40,393 nucleotides of DNA from a virus. The DNA lies in IMG/VR virus record IMGVR_UViG_3300023223_000157, positions 1 to 40,393 of that record. One strand, 5' to 3'. The translations under genes were made by a program, and so were the position numbers. The notes beneath the pieces were generated by a model. That model was not told the origin of the DNA. It ran no database searches and was given only the letters and a program-made list of their open reading frames with translations. Within the stretch, counting starts at the first letter, position 1, and each line of letters opens with the position of its first letter. Positions 26,091-34,493 of the stretch are shown here, in pieces.

Positions 26091-27395
26091 ATGGACAAAC
26101 AAATAGAAACCGAGCGGGCTTTACTCTCCGCATTAGCAGAAAGGCCAGACGGGTTGGTGCAATATGGAGACTTAATTTGCGAGGAATCATTCGTAAACAT
26201 CGCCAGCAAAGCAGTCTACAACGCCCTCCAGTCTTTACTCGCAAAGGGGGATAAAATAGATCTGGTAACCATTGCAAACGAGGTTCGGGATCTCGAAGCC
26301 CACGAAGTTGTGGAAGTGCTTAACGGCGTGTACCAGACCGGGGCAACAAAGCAGTATTGTTTAATTCTGCTAGAGGCTAGGATTGCCAGAGGCCAGCGCA
26401 AACTCGCTGTGGAAATTATCAAGAGGGTAGAGGCCAACGCAGATGCGTTGGACACAAACCAGTTTCTAGTCGACGAGGTGTACGACCTAGCCAACATCGA
26501 GAACATCGCACAGGAACCAACTACCTCAGAAATAGTGCAAGAGCTAAACGACAAAATGGAGAGCGCAAAAAACAAGCAGCTCACCGGTGTAGGTATCGGT
26601 TTGGTCGAGGTCGACCGGATCTTCGGAGGTTACCAAGATGGGGATTTAATCATACTGGCAGCTCGCCCAGCTATGGGTAAAACAGCCCTAGCACTTAGGC
26701 AAGCTCTACACGCTGCAATGGATGGAAAGCACGTGCCTTTCTTCTCTCTGGAAATGTCAGCTGTACAGTTAATGATGCGGCTAGTTTCAATTCATTCAGG
26801 TATTCCACTGGAGAACCTAAAGAAGAACGACCTAACGGATGAGCAGTGCCACCAGTACAACGAATCTACGGCCGCTATAATTGCCAGCGGGATAAAGATA
26901 ATAGACAACTGTTTTACCCTCTCAAGTATTACGCTAAAGGCTAGGAAGCTTGCAGCAAAAGGGGAACTGGATATGATCGTTATCGACTACCTCCAGCTCA
27001 TCCACGGTAAAAAAGGAGCTGTCCGAGAACAAGAAATTTCACACATAAGCCGAACTATTAAGCAAACCGGTATGGAGCTTAAGGTGCCGGTGGTTGCATT
27101 GTCTCAGCTCAGCCGAGCAGTAGAGTCCAGAACAGACAGGCGACCGATCCTGTCAGACCTTAGGGAGTCTGGAGCGATTGAGCAGGACGCTGATATAGTT
27201 CAATTCCTGTACAGACCAGAGTACTACGGGCTAACCCAAAACGAGGATGGCCAAAGCACAGAGGGGCTAGCCTACAACATTGTAGCTAAGCACCGTAACG
27301 GTAGCACCGGGGACATACCTCTACGGTTCATCGCAGAGCAAACCCGATTCGAGGACTACATAGTACAGCCATTCTCCCCAGCGAACTTTAATTAA
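26091..27395 (+). CDS. dnaB: Replicative DNA helicase, DnaB family.
   Basis: GDLIILAARPAMGKTALAL (Walker A), MIVIDYLQL (Walker B), and SQLSRAVESRTDRRPILSDLRESGAIEQDAD. Confidence 0.9.
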   Translation: MDKQIETERALLSALAERPDGLVQYGDLICEESFVNIASKAVYNALQSLLAKGDKIDLVTIANEVRDLEAHEVVEVLNGVYQTGATKQYCLILLEARIARGQRKLAVEIIKRVEANADALDTNQFLVDEVYDLANIENIAQEPTTSEIVQELNDKMESAKNKQLTGVGIGLVEVDRIFGGYQDGDLIILAARPAMGKTALALRQALHAAMDGKHVPFFSLEMSAVQLMMRLVSIHSGIPLENLKKNDLTDEQCHQYNESTAAIIASGIKIIDNCFTLSSITLKARKLAAKGELDMIVIDYLQLIHGKKGAVREQEISHISRTIKQTGMELKVPVVALSQLSRAVESRTDRRPILSDLRESGAIEQDADIVQFLYRPEYYGLTQNEDGQSTEGLAYNIVAKHRNGSTGDIPLRFIAEQTRFEDYIVQPFSPANFN

Positions 27396-27478
27396 ACGTA
27401 ACCTTTACGTAAGTTCTGCGTATACTATAGTAGAGAGGCACCACAAAGATACCTCCAGAACTAAAAAAAATAGAACAC

Positions 27479-27838
27479 ATGAAACAGACACCACAAGAAT
27501 TTTTACAAGGATTAAGAACGGACATAGACGTAGCGTACCACGTAAACCTCGAAGACCTAGATTTCGAAGATCCTTATCAGGGTGTTTGCGACCAACTGGA
27601 TAACCAAGGCGCTTTCAATATAGAAGTTATTTACTACTCCAGAGCAATGGAGTACCTAATGGAAAATGATGCCTCACTGAATCAGAGTTTAGAGATCGCA
27701 CACGAGTTAGGATACACCACCGAGAATCTAAACAGTGAACTGTTGGCCAGCTTATTGGCCTCTCAAAATGCGAGAATAGAATTCGCAGAGCTGGAGGACG
27801 AGATCAATGATTTCTTCAGCGAATTAGTAACAGAGTAA
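27479..27838 (+). CDS. Strongly acidic small protein (119 aa).
   Basis: About 26 Asp/Glu against 4 Lys/Arg, counted by eye. Preceded by AAAAAAAATAGAACACATG. Confidence 0.5.
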   Translation: MKQTPQEFLQGLRTDIDVAYHVNLEDLDFEDPYQGVCDQLDNQGAFNIEVIYYSRAMEYLMENDASLNQSLEIAHELGYTTENLNSELLASLLASQNARIEFAELEDEINDFFSELVTE

Positions 27839-27857
27839 TAACAAAAAAATAAAACAC

Positions 27858-28091
27858 ATGAACACCACAAAACCAGAGGCATTTCCGCTGACCTTAAGGG
27901 GACTAGAATTAGCCAAAGAATACATGAACACAATTCCAACGGGCGAAATGATCGCTTGTTACAATTCACGACAGATCTACGTAGAGCACAAAACCGGTAA
28001 CATGATCCGTAACTTTGAAATCTGTATGTTTACAAAGCACGGTGACAACTGGAAGGTAGTACACGTAATAGAAAATTTAGTAGCGGCATGA
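27858..28091 (+). CDS. Hypothetical protein (77 aa).
   Basis: Preceded by AAAAAAATAAAACACATG. ATGA overlap with the next ORF. Confidence 0.5.
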   Translation: MNTTKPEAFPLTLRGLELAKEYMNTIPTGEMIACYNSRQIYVEHKTGNMIRNFEICMFTKHGDNWKVVHVIENLVAA

Positions 28092-28225
28092 AAAAGCGTA
28101 GAGAGTATTGGCTCGACCCCGAGGAGGACAAAGCGATAATAGCTGAAGCCAAAAAGCAGGGGAGGAGCGTTAAGAATTTAGCAGAGAAGATAATGCGAGA
28201 TTACCTTCAGAACTTAAAAAAATAA
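28088..28225 (+). CDS. Small ORF (45 aa, below the track cutoff), possibly a ribbon-helix-helix protein.
   Basis: Translates as MKKRREYWLDPEEDKAIIAEAKKQGRSVKNLAEKIMRDYLQNLKK. It fills an otherwise unexplained gap and overlaps upstream as ATGA. Confidence 0.4.
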   Translation: MKKRREYWLDPEEDKAIIAEAKKQGRSVKNLAEKIMRDYLQNLKK

Positions 28226-28231
28226 AACACA

Positions 28232-28423
28232 ATGACCAAAGTATACGCAGTCGATTACGACAACATGATAATAACACTGATCGACCCAGAGGATTACAAC
28301 TGGGATGGTTACGATACATTCGATACGTTCAAGCAAGCAAAAATGGAACTGGTTAAATATTGGGTCGACATGAAAGCAGGTGCGACAGTGAACATTAGGA
28401 TATGTAAAAGCAGAACCCAATGA
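28232..28423 (+). CDS. Hypothetical protein (63 aa).
   Basis: Preceded by AAAAAAATAAAACACAATG. Confidence 0.45.
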   Translation: MTKVYAVDYDNMIITLIDPEDYNWDGYDTFDTFKQAKMELVKYWVDMKAGATVNIRICKSRTQ

Positions 28424-28536
28424 AACTAATCCAAGTCACCCAGCACGAAATACAACAAGCTACCAGACCTAACGTGTACCGTAACAAAAAGAAGTACCGG
28501 AGAAAAGAGAAGCACATCAAAAAAGCAAATCAATAA
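28420..28536 (+). CDS. Small basic ORF (38 aa).
   Basis: ATGA overlap with the upstream ORF. Lys/Arg-rich tail. Below the track cutoff. Confidence 0.3.
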   Translation: MKLIQVTQHEIQQATRPNVYRNKKKYRRKEKHIKKANQ

Positions 28537-28552
28537 CAAATCAATAAAACAC

Positions 28553-28816
28553 ATGAAAAAGTTAATACTAATGACCATAGCTCTAACGGTGAGCCTCGCA
28601 TTCACATCCTGCGCTGGGGACAGCCGAACCCCAGAGGAAAAGAAACTAGCAAATGATCTCTACGAATTGATAATGAAGGAACGGGAACGGGTCATTCACT
28701 GGCAGGAAATTGTAGATATTAATGACGCTAAAATGAACGTTAGATTCCTAAATAACCATAAAGAAAAACTGGACTCGTTAAAAAAGGAGCACGACAAAGT
28801 TAAACTCAAGTTGTAA
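28553..28816 (+). CDS. Early-region lipoprotein (87 aa).
   Basis: MKKLILMTIALTVSLAFTSC is a signal peptide with a lipobox Cys. Confidence 0.6.
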   Translation: MKKLILMTIALTVSLAFTSCAGDSRTPEEKKLANDLYELIMKERERVIHWQEIVDINDAKMNVRFLNNHKEKLDSLKKEHDKVKLKL

Positions 28817-28838
28817 TAACCACACACCACTATAATTC

Positions 28839-28873
28839 ATAGCAGGGGGAGCAGTCTTCCTGCTATTTGTTTT
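28839..28873 (+). terminator. Rho-independent terminator.
   Basis: ATAGCAGG / CCTGCTAT 8-bp stem, 12-nt loop, then TTGTTTT. Confidence 0.65.
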
Positions 28874-28894
28874 GGGTGCTAAACCATTCTAGTA

Positions 28895-28902
28895 TAATTT
28901 TG
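28895..28902 (+). promoter_or_regulatory. TAnnTTTG box (TAATTTTG) with an upstream TTTG (28871-74).
   Basis: Consensus match preceded by TTCTAGTAT. TTGGGTGCT (28872-80) overlaps the -33 region. Confidence 0.45.
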
Positions 28903-28995
28903 TATATTGCCATTCCAAACTAAAACGGACCCCATTCGAATGACCCCTAATCCACCTAAAAGTACACTCGTACAATTCACCACAAATCTATAACC

Positions 28996-29322
28996 ATGAG
29001 CAGAACACTGAAGCTACAGAACGGTAGAGTAATTAGAAAGGGTGACTACCTAACCCCTGTTGAGAATCAAGTATTTAAGCTGTTATGTGTGGGTTATAAT
29101 GCTATACAGGTCGGTGAAATAATAGGCAGCAAGCGTAAGACAATCGACCACCATAGGCGGAACATATACGTTAAGGCCGGAGTAGTAAACAGTATAGAGT
29201 TAGTGTGGTTCGCTATCGAGCACGGAGTCATTGACATAGAGAAGCGCCAGAAGATATTGAACTACCGAGGCAAGGTCAAGAACGAAGGCCATCGAAAACA
29301 AATGAAATCACACAAAGCTTAA
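28996..29322 (+). CDS. LuxR/GerE-type HTH transcriptional regulator (108 aa).
   Basis: LTPVENQVFKLLCVGYNAIQVGEIIGSKRKTIDHHRRNIYVKAGVVNSIELV is the classic GerE HTH pattern. Confidence 0.7.
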   Translation: MSRTLKLQNGRVIRKGDYLTPVENQVFKLLCVGYNAIQVGEIIGSKRKTIDHHRRNIYVKAGVVNSIELVWFAIEHGVIDIEKRQKILNYRGKVKNEGHRKQMKSHKA

Positions 29323-29416
29323 ATAAACTGGACGGCCGAGCGGAACGCGTGAACATGATTGGGTGATGGTGTTTTAACACGTAAGTACCCGGCCGTCCTT
29401 TCTAATTACAATCATT

Positions 29417-29593
29417 ATGGAGTGTCCAATATGTAACGGCTCTGGAGAGATCCCAGACAACAAGAAGGTAAGGCGAGAGAAAAATGTACCGATTGCCAAA
29501 GCCTTGAGAGGTGAGGGCCATACCATCCGAGAGATAATGAGGTTATTGGGATACAAATCTCCTCGATGTATCCAAAGACTTTTAGAGGAATAA
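29417..29593 (+). CDS. Small CxxC plus HTH protein (58 aa, below the track cutoff).
   Basis: Translates as MECPICNGSGEIPDNKK...GHTIREIMRLLGYKSPRCIQRLLEE. It explains the region better than the two minus-strand shadow ORFs. Confidence 0.45.
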   Translation: MECPICNGSGEIPDNKKVRREKNVPIAKALRGEGHTIREIMRLLGYKSPRCIQRLLEE

Positions 29594-29609
29594 AACTAAA
29601 CCCAAACAC

Positions 29610-30017
29610 ATGGAATACAAACGATACTATTTAATGATGACCGATACTGGCATAGGAATCGGTGAGATATGCAGCAATAACGAAATTGACATTGAGAAAG
29701 GGGAGAGGGACGTTAGAGCTAAGGAGCCTTACGCTACAGAGGTTATACACATACCGAAGACGGTAGCCCATGCGCTGAAGCATGTAATGGAGAGCAGCGG
29801 ATACAAAACAGAACCGACTAGCTCCAAACCAAAAGTGTTTACTACCCACTTCGCGGTGCTATTGCCAACCGGGGAAACGGTACACGGTACATCGCAGAGC
29901 AATGTAGATCTGGAACCAGAAAATACAATACCGATTATCAAAGCACAGTTCCCGGAAGCCAAGGAGATAACACACGTTACCGAGCTGGAAGCAATAGCGT
30001 TAGGACTAATCAAATAA
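29610..30017 (+). CDS. Hypothetical protein (135 aa).
   Basis: ATG-initiated ORF preceded by AAACCCAAACACATG. Confidence 0.5.
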   Translation: MEYKRYYLMMTDTGIGIGEICSNNEIDIEKGERDVRAKEPYATEVIHIPKTVAHALKHVMESSGYKTEPTSSKPKVFTTHFAVLLPTGETVHGTSQSNVDLEPENTIPIIKAQFPEAKEITHVTELEAIALGLIK

Positions 30018-30021
30018 AGAT

Positions 30022-30201
30022 ATGACTGAGAAACTACAACAATTAGTATTACATGATCGGGAGACCTGCATTGCTGCACTTCAAGTCGTTAGAACTCAAC
30101 TGCTTTTAGGAGAGCCAAACAAAGAAATTATGAATCACGTAATCGAATCCACTCTAAAAATAATGAGTTTGAGCGATGCCCTAATGAAGAAATATGAGTG
30201 A
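30022..30201 (+). CDS. Small ORF (59 aa, below the track cutoff).
   Basis: Translates as MTEKLQQLVLHDRETCIAALQVV...DALMKKYE. It overlaps the next ATG by 8 nt. Confidence 0.35.
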   Translation: MTEKLQQLVLHDRETCIAALQVVRTQLLLGEPNKEIMNHVIESTLKIMSLSDALMKKYE

Positions 30202-30469
30202 ATTTGATTTAGATAAACTCTACACCCGATACCTAGGGATGGGAGGGGTCACCGAGGAACAGATGCACCCAGCACAAAGGCTGGAAATGAAGCGGGCTTT
30301 CATGGCAGGATGTGCAAGCATGTTAGAAGCGTTTACCATAGAGATTCCACAACTACCTAGGCATTTGGCAGTTTCAACGGTTACTAACATGAGACTACAG
30401 GCTCGAAAATATTGGACGGAAGAATCAAAACGCCACCCATCTCCACCTAAGCCATTTACAGAGGCATAG
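30194..30469 (+). CDS. Hypothetical protein (91 aa).
   Basis: Co-directional ORF. Confidence 0.45.
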   Translation: MSEFDLDKLYTRYLGMGGVTEEQMHPAQRLEMKRAFMAGCASMLEAFTIEIPQLPRHLAVSTVTNMRLQARKYWTEESKRHPSPPKPFTEA

Positions 30470-30471
30470 TA

Positions 30472-30495
30472 CTCTAGTATATTCTCTAGTATATT
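30472..30495 (+). repeat. Perfect 12-bp tandem repeat CTCTAGTATATT, two copies.
   Basis: 30472-83 and 30484-95 are identical. The repeat contains the recurring TCTAGTAT motif. Confidence 0.8.
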
Positions 30496-30500
30496 GATTC

Positions 30501-30535
30501 ACAGAACTTTACGATGTAGGGTTCTGTTTTTTTTT
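30501..30535 (+). terminator. Rho-independent terminator.
   Basis: ACAGAAC / GTTCTGT stem followed by a run of 9 T. Confidence 0.7.
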
Positions 30536-30548
30536 ATACATTTGATCC

Positions 30549-30746
30549 ATGAATCAGACCCCTATTCAGAATCAACAAATCCAACACGTCCAGCTTTCTT
30601 TTCCGGTTGACACAGTTAACCTAATTCTCAAAGGTGTTTCAATGCTGCCCTATCACGAGGCTATTGCGATTGTACAGTCCATACAGCAACAGGCAGTACC
30701 ACAGATCCAAGAGGAAGAAAAGAAAGTAGGCAAGGCCAAAAAGTAA
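30549..30746 (+). CDS. Hypothetical protein (65 aa).
   Basis: Co-directional ORF. TACATTTG box at 30537-44, just upstream. Confidence 0.4.
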   Translation: MNQTPIQNQQIQHVQLSFPVDTVNLILKGVSMLPYHEAIAIVQSIQQQAVPQIQEEEKKVGKAKK

Positions 30747-30758
30747 TTAACAGCACAC

Positions 30759-30989
30759 ATGCTAATTACGATCAAACCCTACGCGGAGCTATTGCTCCAT
30801 GACTCCCTGACCCCTTTACAGGAGGTTATGCTGCACGTGGTTAACACTACGGATAGCACTATCGAATCCCTTTCCAACAGGCTCGATATCGGCGAAAGGT
30901 ATGTTCGTGAGAATGTAAGCTTTATGATTACCCTAGGCTTTATGAAGAACAGGCGGGGGGGTGCTCTCTATAGTCGATGGCTCGATTAG
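30759..30989 (+). CDS. Hypothetical protein (76 aa), possibly winged-helix DNA-binding.
   Basis: TIESLSNRLDIGERYVRENVSFMITLGFM looks like a wHTH recognition segment. Weak call. Confidence 0.35.
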   Translation: MLITIKPYAELLLHDSLTPLQEVMLHVVNTTDSTIESLSNRLDIGERYVRENVSFMITLGFMKNRRGGALYSRWLD

Positions 30990-31239
30990 AAAGGTCACCA
31001 TCCCTACCCAGTTCGTAGCTGACAAGGAAATGACAACAAACATGAAGTGCGCGTTAATCTCGCTGTACAAAGATTGTTTGTTCGTACAATGTATCAATCC
31101 ATTACTGGTTATATATTCCTACGCCCAAAAACATACCCTCGAAGCTTTAGAACACATTTCAGATATTGGATACTGGATTTTAGGGGAGAGTATAGATTTC
31201 GAGAGAGTCTTCTCACTTAAAAGCCGGTACGATGACTGA
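30961..31239 (+). CDS. Hypothetical protein (92 aa or fewer; start uncertain, GTG in the track).
   Basis: Open frame in the co-directional run. Confidence 0.3.
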   Translation: MLSIVDGSIRKVTIPTQFVADKEMTTNMKCALISLYKDCLFVQCINPLLVIYSYAQKHTLEALEHISDIGYWILGESIDFERVFSLKSRYDD

Positions 31240-31477
31240 GGCGGTAGAATGGTTCGGCCTATGCTGGTACGTGAACAGCATGATCACAGAGCTTACTGTA
31301 GGTAGCTGGAGGCGCTTCTATAACTACCGCTACTACCTGAACGTTATTCAGTGTAACAAGTGCCGAAGCTTCTGGATTACACTAGCCTTTACACAAAACA
31401 TCTTCACCGCTGCACTGGTAGCCTCGGCCATTAACCTATACCAACATCTAACCCCTGCTCAACATGCGAAAATTTAA
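31232..31477 (+). CDS. Small membrane protein (81 aa) with a CxxC motif.
   Basis: QCNKCRSFWITLAFTQNIFTAALVASAINL is a Cys pair followed by a TM helix, a DUF1360-like pattern. By-eye call. Confidence 0.4.
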   Translation: MTEAVEWFGLCWYVNSMITELTVGSWRRFYNYRYYLNVIQCNKCRSFWITLAFTQNIFTAALVASAINLYQHLTPAQHAKI

Positions 31478-31916
31478 GTTCGAACACAAGGACATACTGA
31501 TCCTGCGCGACATCAAACTCAAGGGAGGTATGAAAGTGCCATCCGATGACACGTTAGATGTGGAGCGGATCTGGCTAACCATCGATCCTAAGTTTGTCAT
31601 GTGCCACACCTGTGTAGATATAGCAGGAAAGAAAGCAGCCCAGCTCATTAACCTAGTGGAACTAACCATCGGCAAACCTATACTGGAGTATGAAGCAGAG
31701 GCACCTAAGCCACGCGATGAGCAATTAGAGACCGTTCCGTTCGAAAATGACAGCAAGCCTGTTAGATCAAATACCAACTATACCCACGCGGCGTTGAACG
31801 TAATGAAAAGCATTGACATCATGGCGCTGGTATATAAAGAAACCGGCGAAACGATAAAACTACCAAAGAACAAACGCCAGCTCATAATCAAAAGAGCACT
31901 AAAGCTATTAGAGTGA
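31464..31916 (+). CDS. Hypothetical protein (150 aa).
   Basis: Co-directional ORF ending the early block. Confidence 0.45.
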   Translation: MRKFKFEHKDILILRDIKLKGGMKVPSDDTLDVERIWLTIDPKFVMCHTCVDIAGKKAAQLINLVELTIGKPILEYEAEAPKPRDEQLETVPFENDSKPVRSNTNYTHAALNVMKSIDIMALVYKETGETIKLPKNKRQLIIKRALKLLE

Positions 31917-32015
31917 ACCCTACTTGAAAGGTAGGCCACGTCTCGGGGCTTTGGTTGTCATAGGCCTTGTTTTACTCCGGGGCGTGTTACTCACTGCTAC
32001 ATTAATCCAACAACA

Positions 32016-32477
32016 ATGAAACCTCTAACAAACAAACAGAAAGCCTTCGCACTCGAGATCCTTAAGGGCACCTCCCAACGTGAATCTTACAAGATCGCAT
32101 ACAACGCTGAGAACATGACCAAGGAATCCATAGACGTAAATGCCGTTAGATTGGTTCAAACTCAAAACGTTGCAGACTTCATACAAGCCAAACGTGCGAA
32201 GCTGGAGCTAATAGAAGACAACGGCCGCGCTAAAGCAGTAAAAACTCTATGGGAACGCTACCACAGGATATGTGCTACAGAGGTAGAAGCTGGTAACCTC
32301 AAGAATAAGAACGATCTAACCAGAACCAATCTCTATGCAATGGCTCAGATGACTAAAAGTTCTGATGCCACGGCAATCTTTGGCCAGATAATGAAGCTCA
32401 TGGGCTGGGATAAGCCAAAACCAGAGGAGGGAGACCACAACGTTACCATCGTTATAGTGAAACCAGATGGAGCTTAA
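32016..32477 (+). CDS. terS: Terminase small subunit.
   Basis: The N-terminus LTNKQKAFALEILKGTSQRESYKIAY matches the Terminase_2 (P27-type) pattern. It overlaps terL. Confidence 0.65.
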   Translation: MKPLTNKQKAFALEILKGTSQRESYKIAYNAENMTKESIDVNAVRLVQTQNVADFIQAKRAKLELIEDNGRAKAVKTLWERYHRICATEVEAGNLKNKNDLTRTNLYAMAQMTKSSDATAIFGQIMKLMGWDKPKPEEGDHNVTIVIVKPDGA

Positions 32478-33783
32478 GTTTGAGCCGCTACCTAAGCAGT
32501 GGCAAATGTTCGAAGCTTTTGACGACCCCACAACCTTGCAGTGCTTGTATGGGGGATCAGTAGGTAGCGCAAAGTCATATGGCTTATGTGCTATGGCCAT
32601 CATTAAAGCCTACAAGTACAAACAGATCCGTATCCTCCTAGGCAGGAACCAACTAAAGAACCTGAAACAAACCACGCTCGTGTCATTCTTTGAGGTGTGC
32701 CATGACTTCGGATTGAAACCGGATGTACATTACCGGTACAACCAAGCAACCAGCGAAATCACATTTACAAACGGATCAGTTATCATACTGAAGGAACTCC
32801 AGTACATACCAAGCGATCCCGAGTACCAACGTATAGGGGGGTTACTCCTAACCTTTGCCTGTATCGATGAGGCCAGCGAAGTGAACATAAAAGCCCTTGA
32901 AATAGTCAGCTCAAGATGTGGAAGGTGGAAGAATAACGTCCACGGTATCAAGGGAATAACCTTTATGACCTGTAACCCGAGTAGAGGTCACGTATACGAG
33001 AACTTCTACAAACCATGGAGCAACGGAACACTACCACCACACCGTAAATTCATCCAAGCACTCCCGGGAGATAATAAGTATCTCGCAGCATCATATCTGG
33101 AGAGCCTGAAGCTTACCCTATCCCGGAATGAATATAGTAGACTGGTACTAGGTAACTGGGAGGGGCATCACGACCCGGACTGTCTAACCACCTACGACCA
33201 GATAATGGAAATGTACGACTACAAGAAGCCGGAGAAGTGGAAAGGCAAATGGTTCATTACCGCAGACATCGCTTTTGAATCGGATAAGTGTATAGTGATA
33301 CTATGGAACGGGTTAGATGTTGTACAGATCCTCGAAGTGAATAAACAGAACAAACCCGAGGACATCATACTCAAGCTACAGGAAGAATACCGAGTTAGAC
33401 GTAGAAACGTATGCTGGGATGGAATAGGAGCAGGGAACTACCTAAAGAACTACTTCAAAGGAGGGTATGCGTTCATAGCTGGAGCAAAACCAATCAAAGA
33501 AAAGACCGAATTCGTTCACTTAAAGGACCAATGTTACTACAGGCTAGCTGAAGGCATAAACACCGGTAAGATCCGAATATTCGACACATCATTAAAAGAC
33601 GAGGTTGTAGATGAGCTACTACAGATTAAAACAGTACCCAAAGAGAAGATCGACAATAAGATCAAGCTCATTAAGAAGAAAGACATTAAACAGTTCATCG
33701 GGCGCAGCCCAGACATATTGGACGCTTTATCTATGCGGATGGTATACGAACTGAAAGCCAATACAGACTACTATAGATTTTAG
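32467..33783 (+). CDS. terL: Terminase large subunit.
   Basis: Walker A YGGSVGSAKSYG, Walker B LLTFACIDEASEV, and a nuclease-domain-sized C-terminus. Confidence 0.85.
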   Translation: MELKFEPLPKQWQMFEAFDDPTTLQCLYGGSVGSAKSYGLCAMAIIKAYKYKQIRILLGRNQLKNLKQTTLVSFFEVCHDFGLKPDVHYRYNQATSEITFTNGSVIILKELQYIPSDPEYQRIGGLLLTFACIDEASEVNIKALEIVSSRCGRWKNNVHGIKGITFMTCNPSRGHVYENFYKPWSNGTLPPHRKFIQALPGDNKYLAASYLESLKLTLSRNEYSRLVLGNWEGHHDPDCLTTYDQIMEMYDYKKPEKWKGKWFITADIAFESDKCIVILWNGLDVVQILEVNKQNKPEDIILKLQEEYRVRRRNVCWDGIGAGNYLKNYFKGGYAFIAGAKPIKEKTEFVHLKDQCYYRLAEGINTGKIRIFDTSLKDEVVDELLQIKTVPKEKIDNKIKLIKKKDIKQFIGRSPDILDALSMRMVYELKANTDYYRF

Positions 33784-33795
33784 TAGCTTTACCCT

Positions 33796-34098
33796 ATGGA
33801 CAAGAAAGACGAATTACAAAAAGCTCTACGCGACAAACACGCAAACGAAGGATACACAGTAAGCAACGAAATCAGAATCACATTACTGGATACATGCTTT
33901 GAAATACTAAAGGATGAATCTAAGAATGGCTTTAGCTACGAGCTGGCTATGAAATGGTTTAACTACCAAAAGGATGAGCAAGGAATCTTGCACCTACAGC
34001 TAAACATTCGTGGTGAAATGGGATTCGAAGAACACATGGACGTAGAAGCATTCGAACCCTACCTGAAGGAATACCTAAAGCGAACAGAATACAATTAG
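33796..34098 (+). CDS. Hypothetical protein (100 aa), paralogue of ORF 34882.
   Basis: SYELAMKWFNYQKDEQGILHLQLNIRGEM aligns with SYNSAMDWYNENENPKEGYVTLTFHVEGHL. Confidence 0.5.
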   Translation: MDKKDELQKALRDKHANEGYTVSNEIRITLLDTCFEILKDESKNGFSYELAMKWFNYQKDEQGILHLQLNIRGEMGFEEHMDVEAFEPYLKEYLKRTEYN

Positions 34099-34101
34099 GG
34101 G

Positions 34102-34278
34102 ATGGCCAAAACAAGAATACCAAGAAAGCTAAAGAAGCAACTCAAAAAAGAAGGAATTTACGAAGAGGGTATTAGCTGGGCGCATTGTCTAATCTGTCAG
34201 AAGCGAGCGAATGGATACGGATATGATATGTACGAGTGCAAAAGTTGCTCGGGAGAAATGACAAAAGTAACACTATGA
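34102..34278 (+). CDS. Zinc-ribbon micro-protein (58 aa, below the track cutoff).
   Basis: MAKTRIPRKLKK...CLICQKRANGYGYDMYECKSCSGEM contains two CxxC pairs. ATGA overlap with the next ORF. Confidence 0.45.
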   Translation: MAKTRIPRKLKKQLKKEGIYEEGISWAHCLICQKRANGYGYDMYECKSCSGEMTKVTL

Positions 34279-34490
34279 AAATAAAACTAACAGGACAAGA
34301 GCTAGGGACTATAATAACGTCAGTTAAAGCACAAATGATCTATGCAGTTACAAGCTATCTTGATAAGTGCCCGGAGGTAGAAGGGGATAATCCATTAAAA
34401 GGCCATATTATCGTTAATGAAAAGGAGTTGGTAGAAACCGTAGAAGAAACTGATCTAACCCATGACGTCATTACAAATTTAGATTGGTAG
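34275..34490 (+). CDS. Hypothetical protein (71 aa from the ATG at 34275).
   Basis: The ATG overlaps the upstream TGA. The track's longer version starts inside the zinc-ribbon ORF. Confidence 0.45.
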   Translation: MKIKLTGQELGTIITSVKAQMIYAVTSYLDKCPEVEGDNPLKGHIIVNEKELVETVEETDLTHDVITNLDW

Positions 34491-34493
34491 ACT

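Noticed and set aside
31917-32015. A tRNA gene or a defined cos/pac site in the gap upstream of terS.
   Set aside because: There is no cloverleaf or T-loop (GTTCRANYC-like) sequence. Only modest hairpins were found (CCTAC/GTAGG, and CACGTCTCGG/CCGGGGCGTG with G-U pairs). No tRNA was recognised anywhere in the window.
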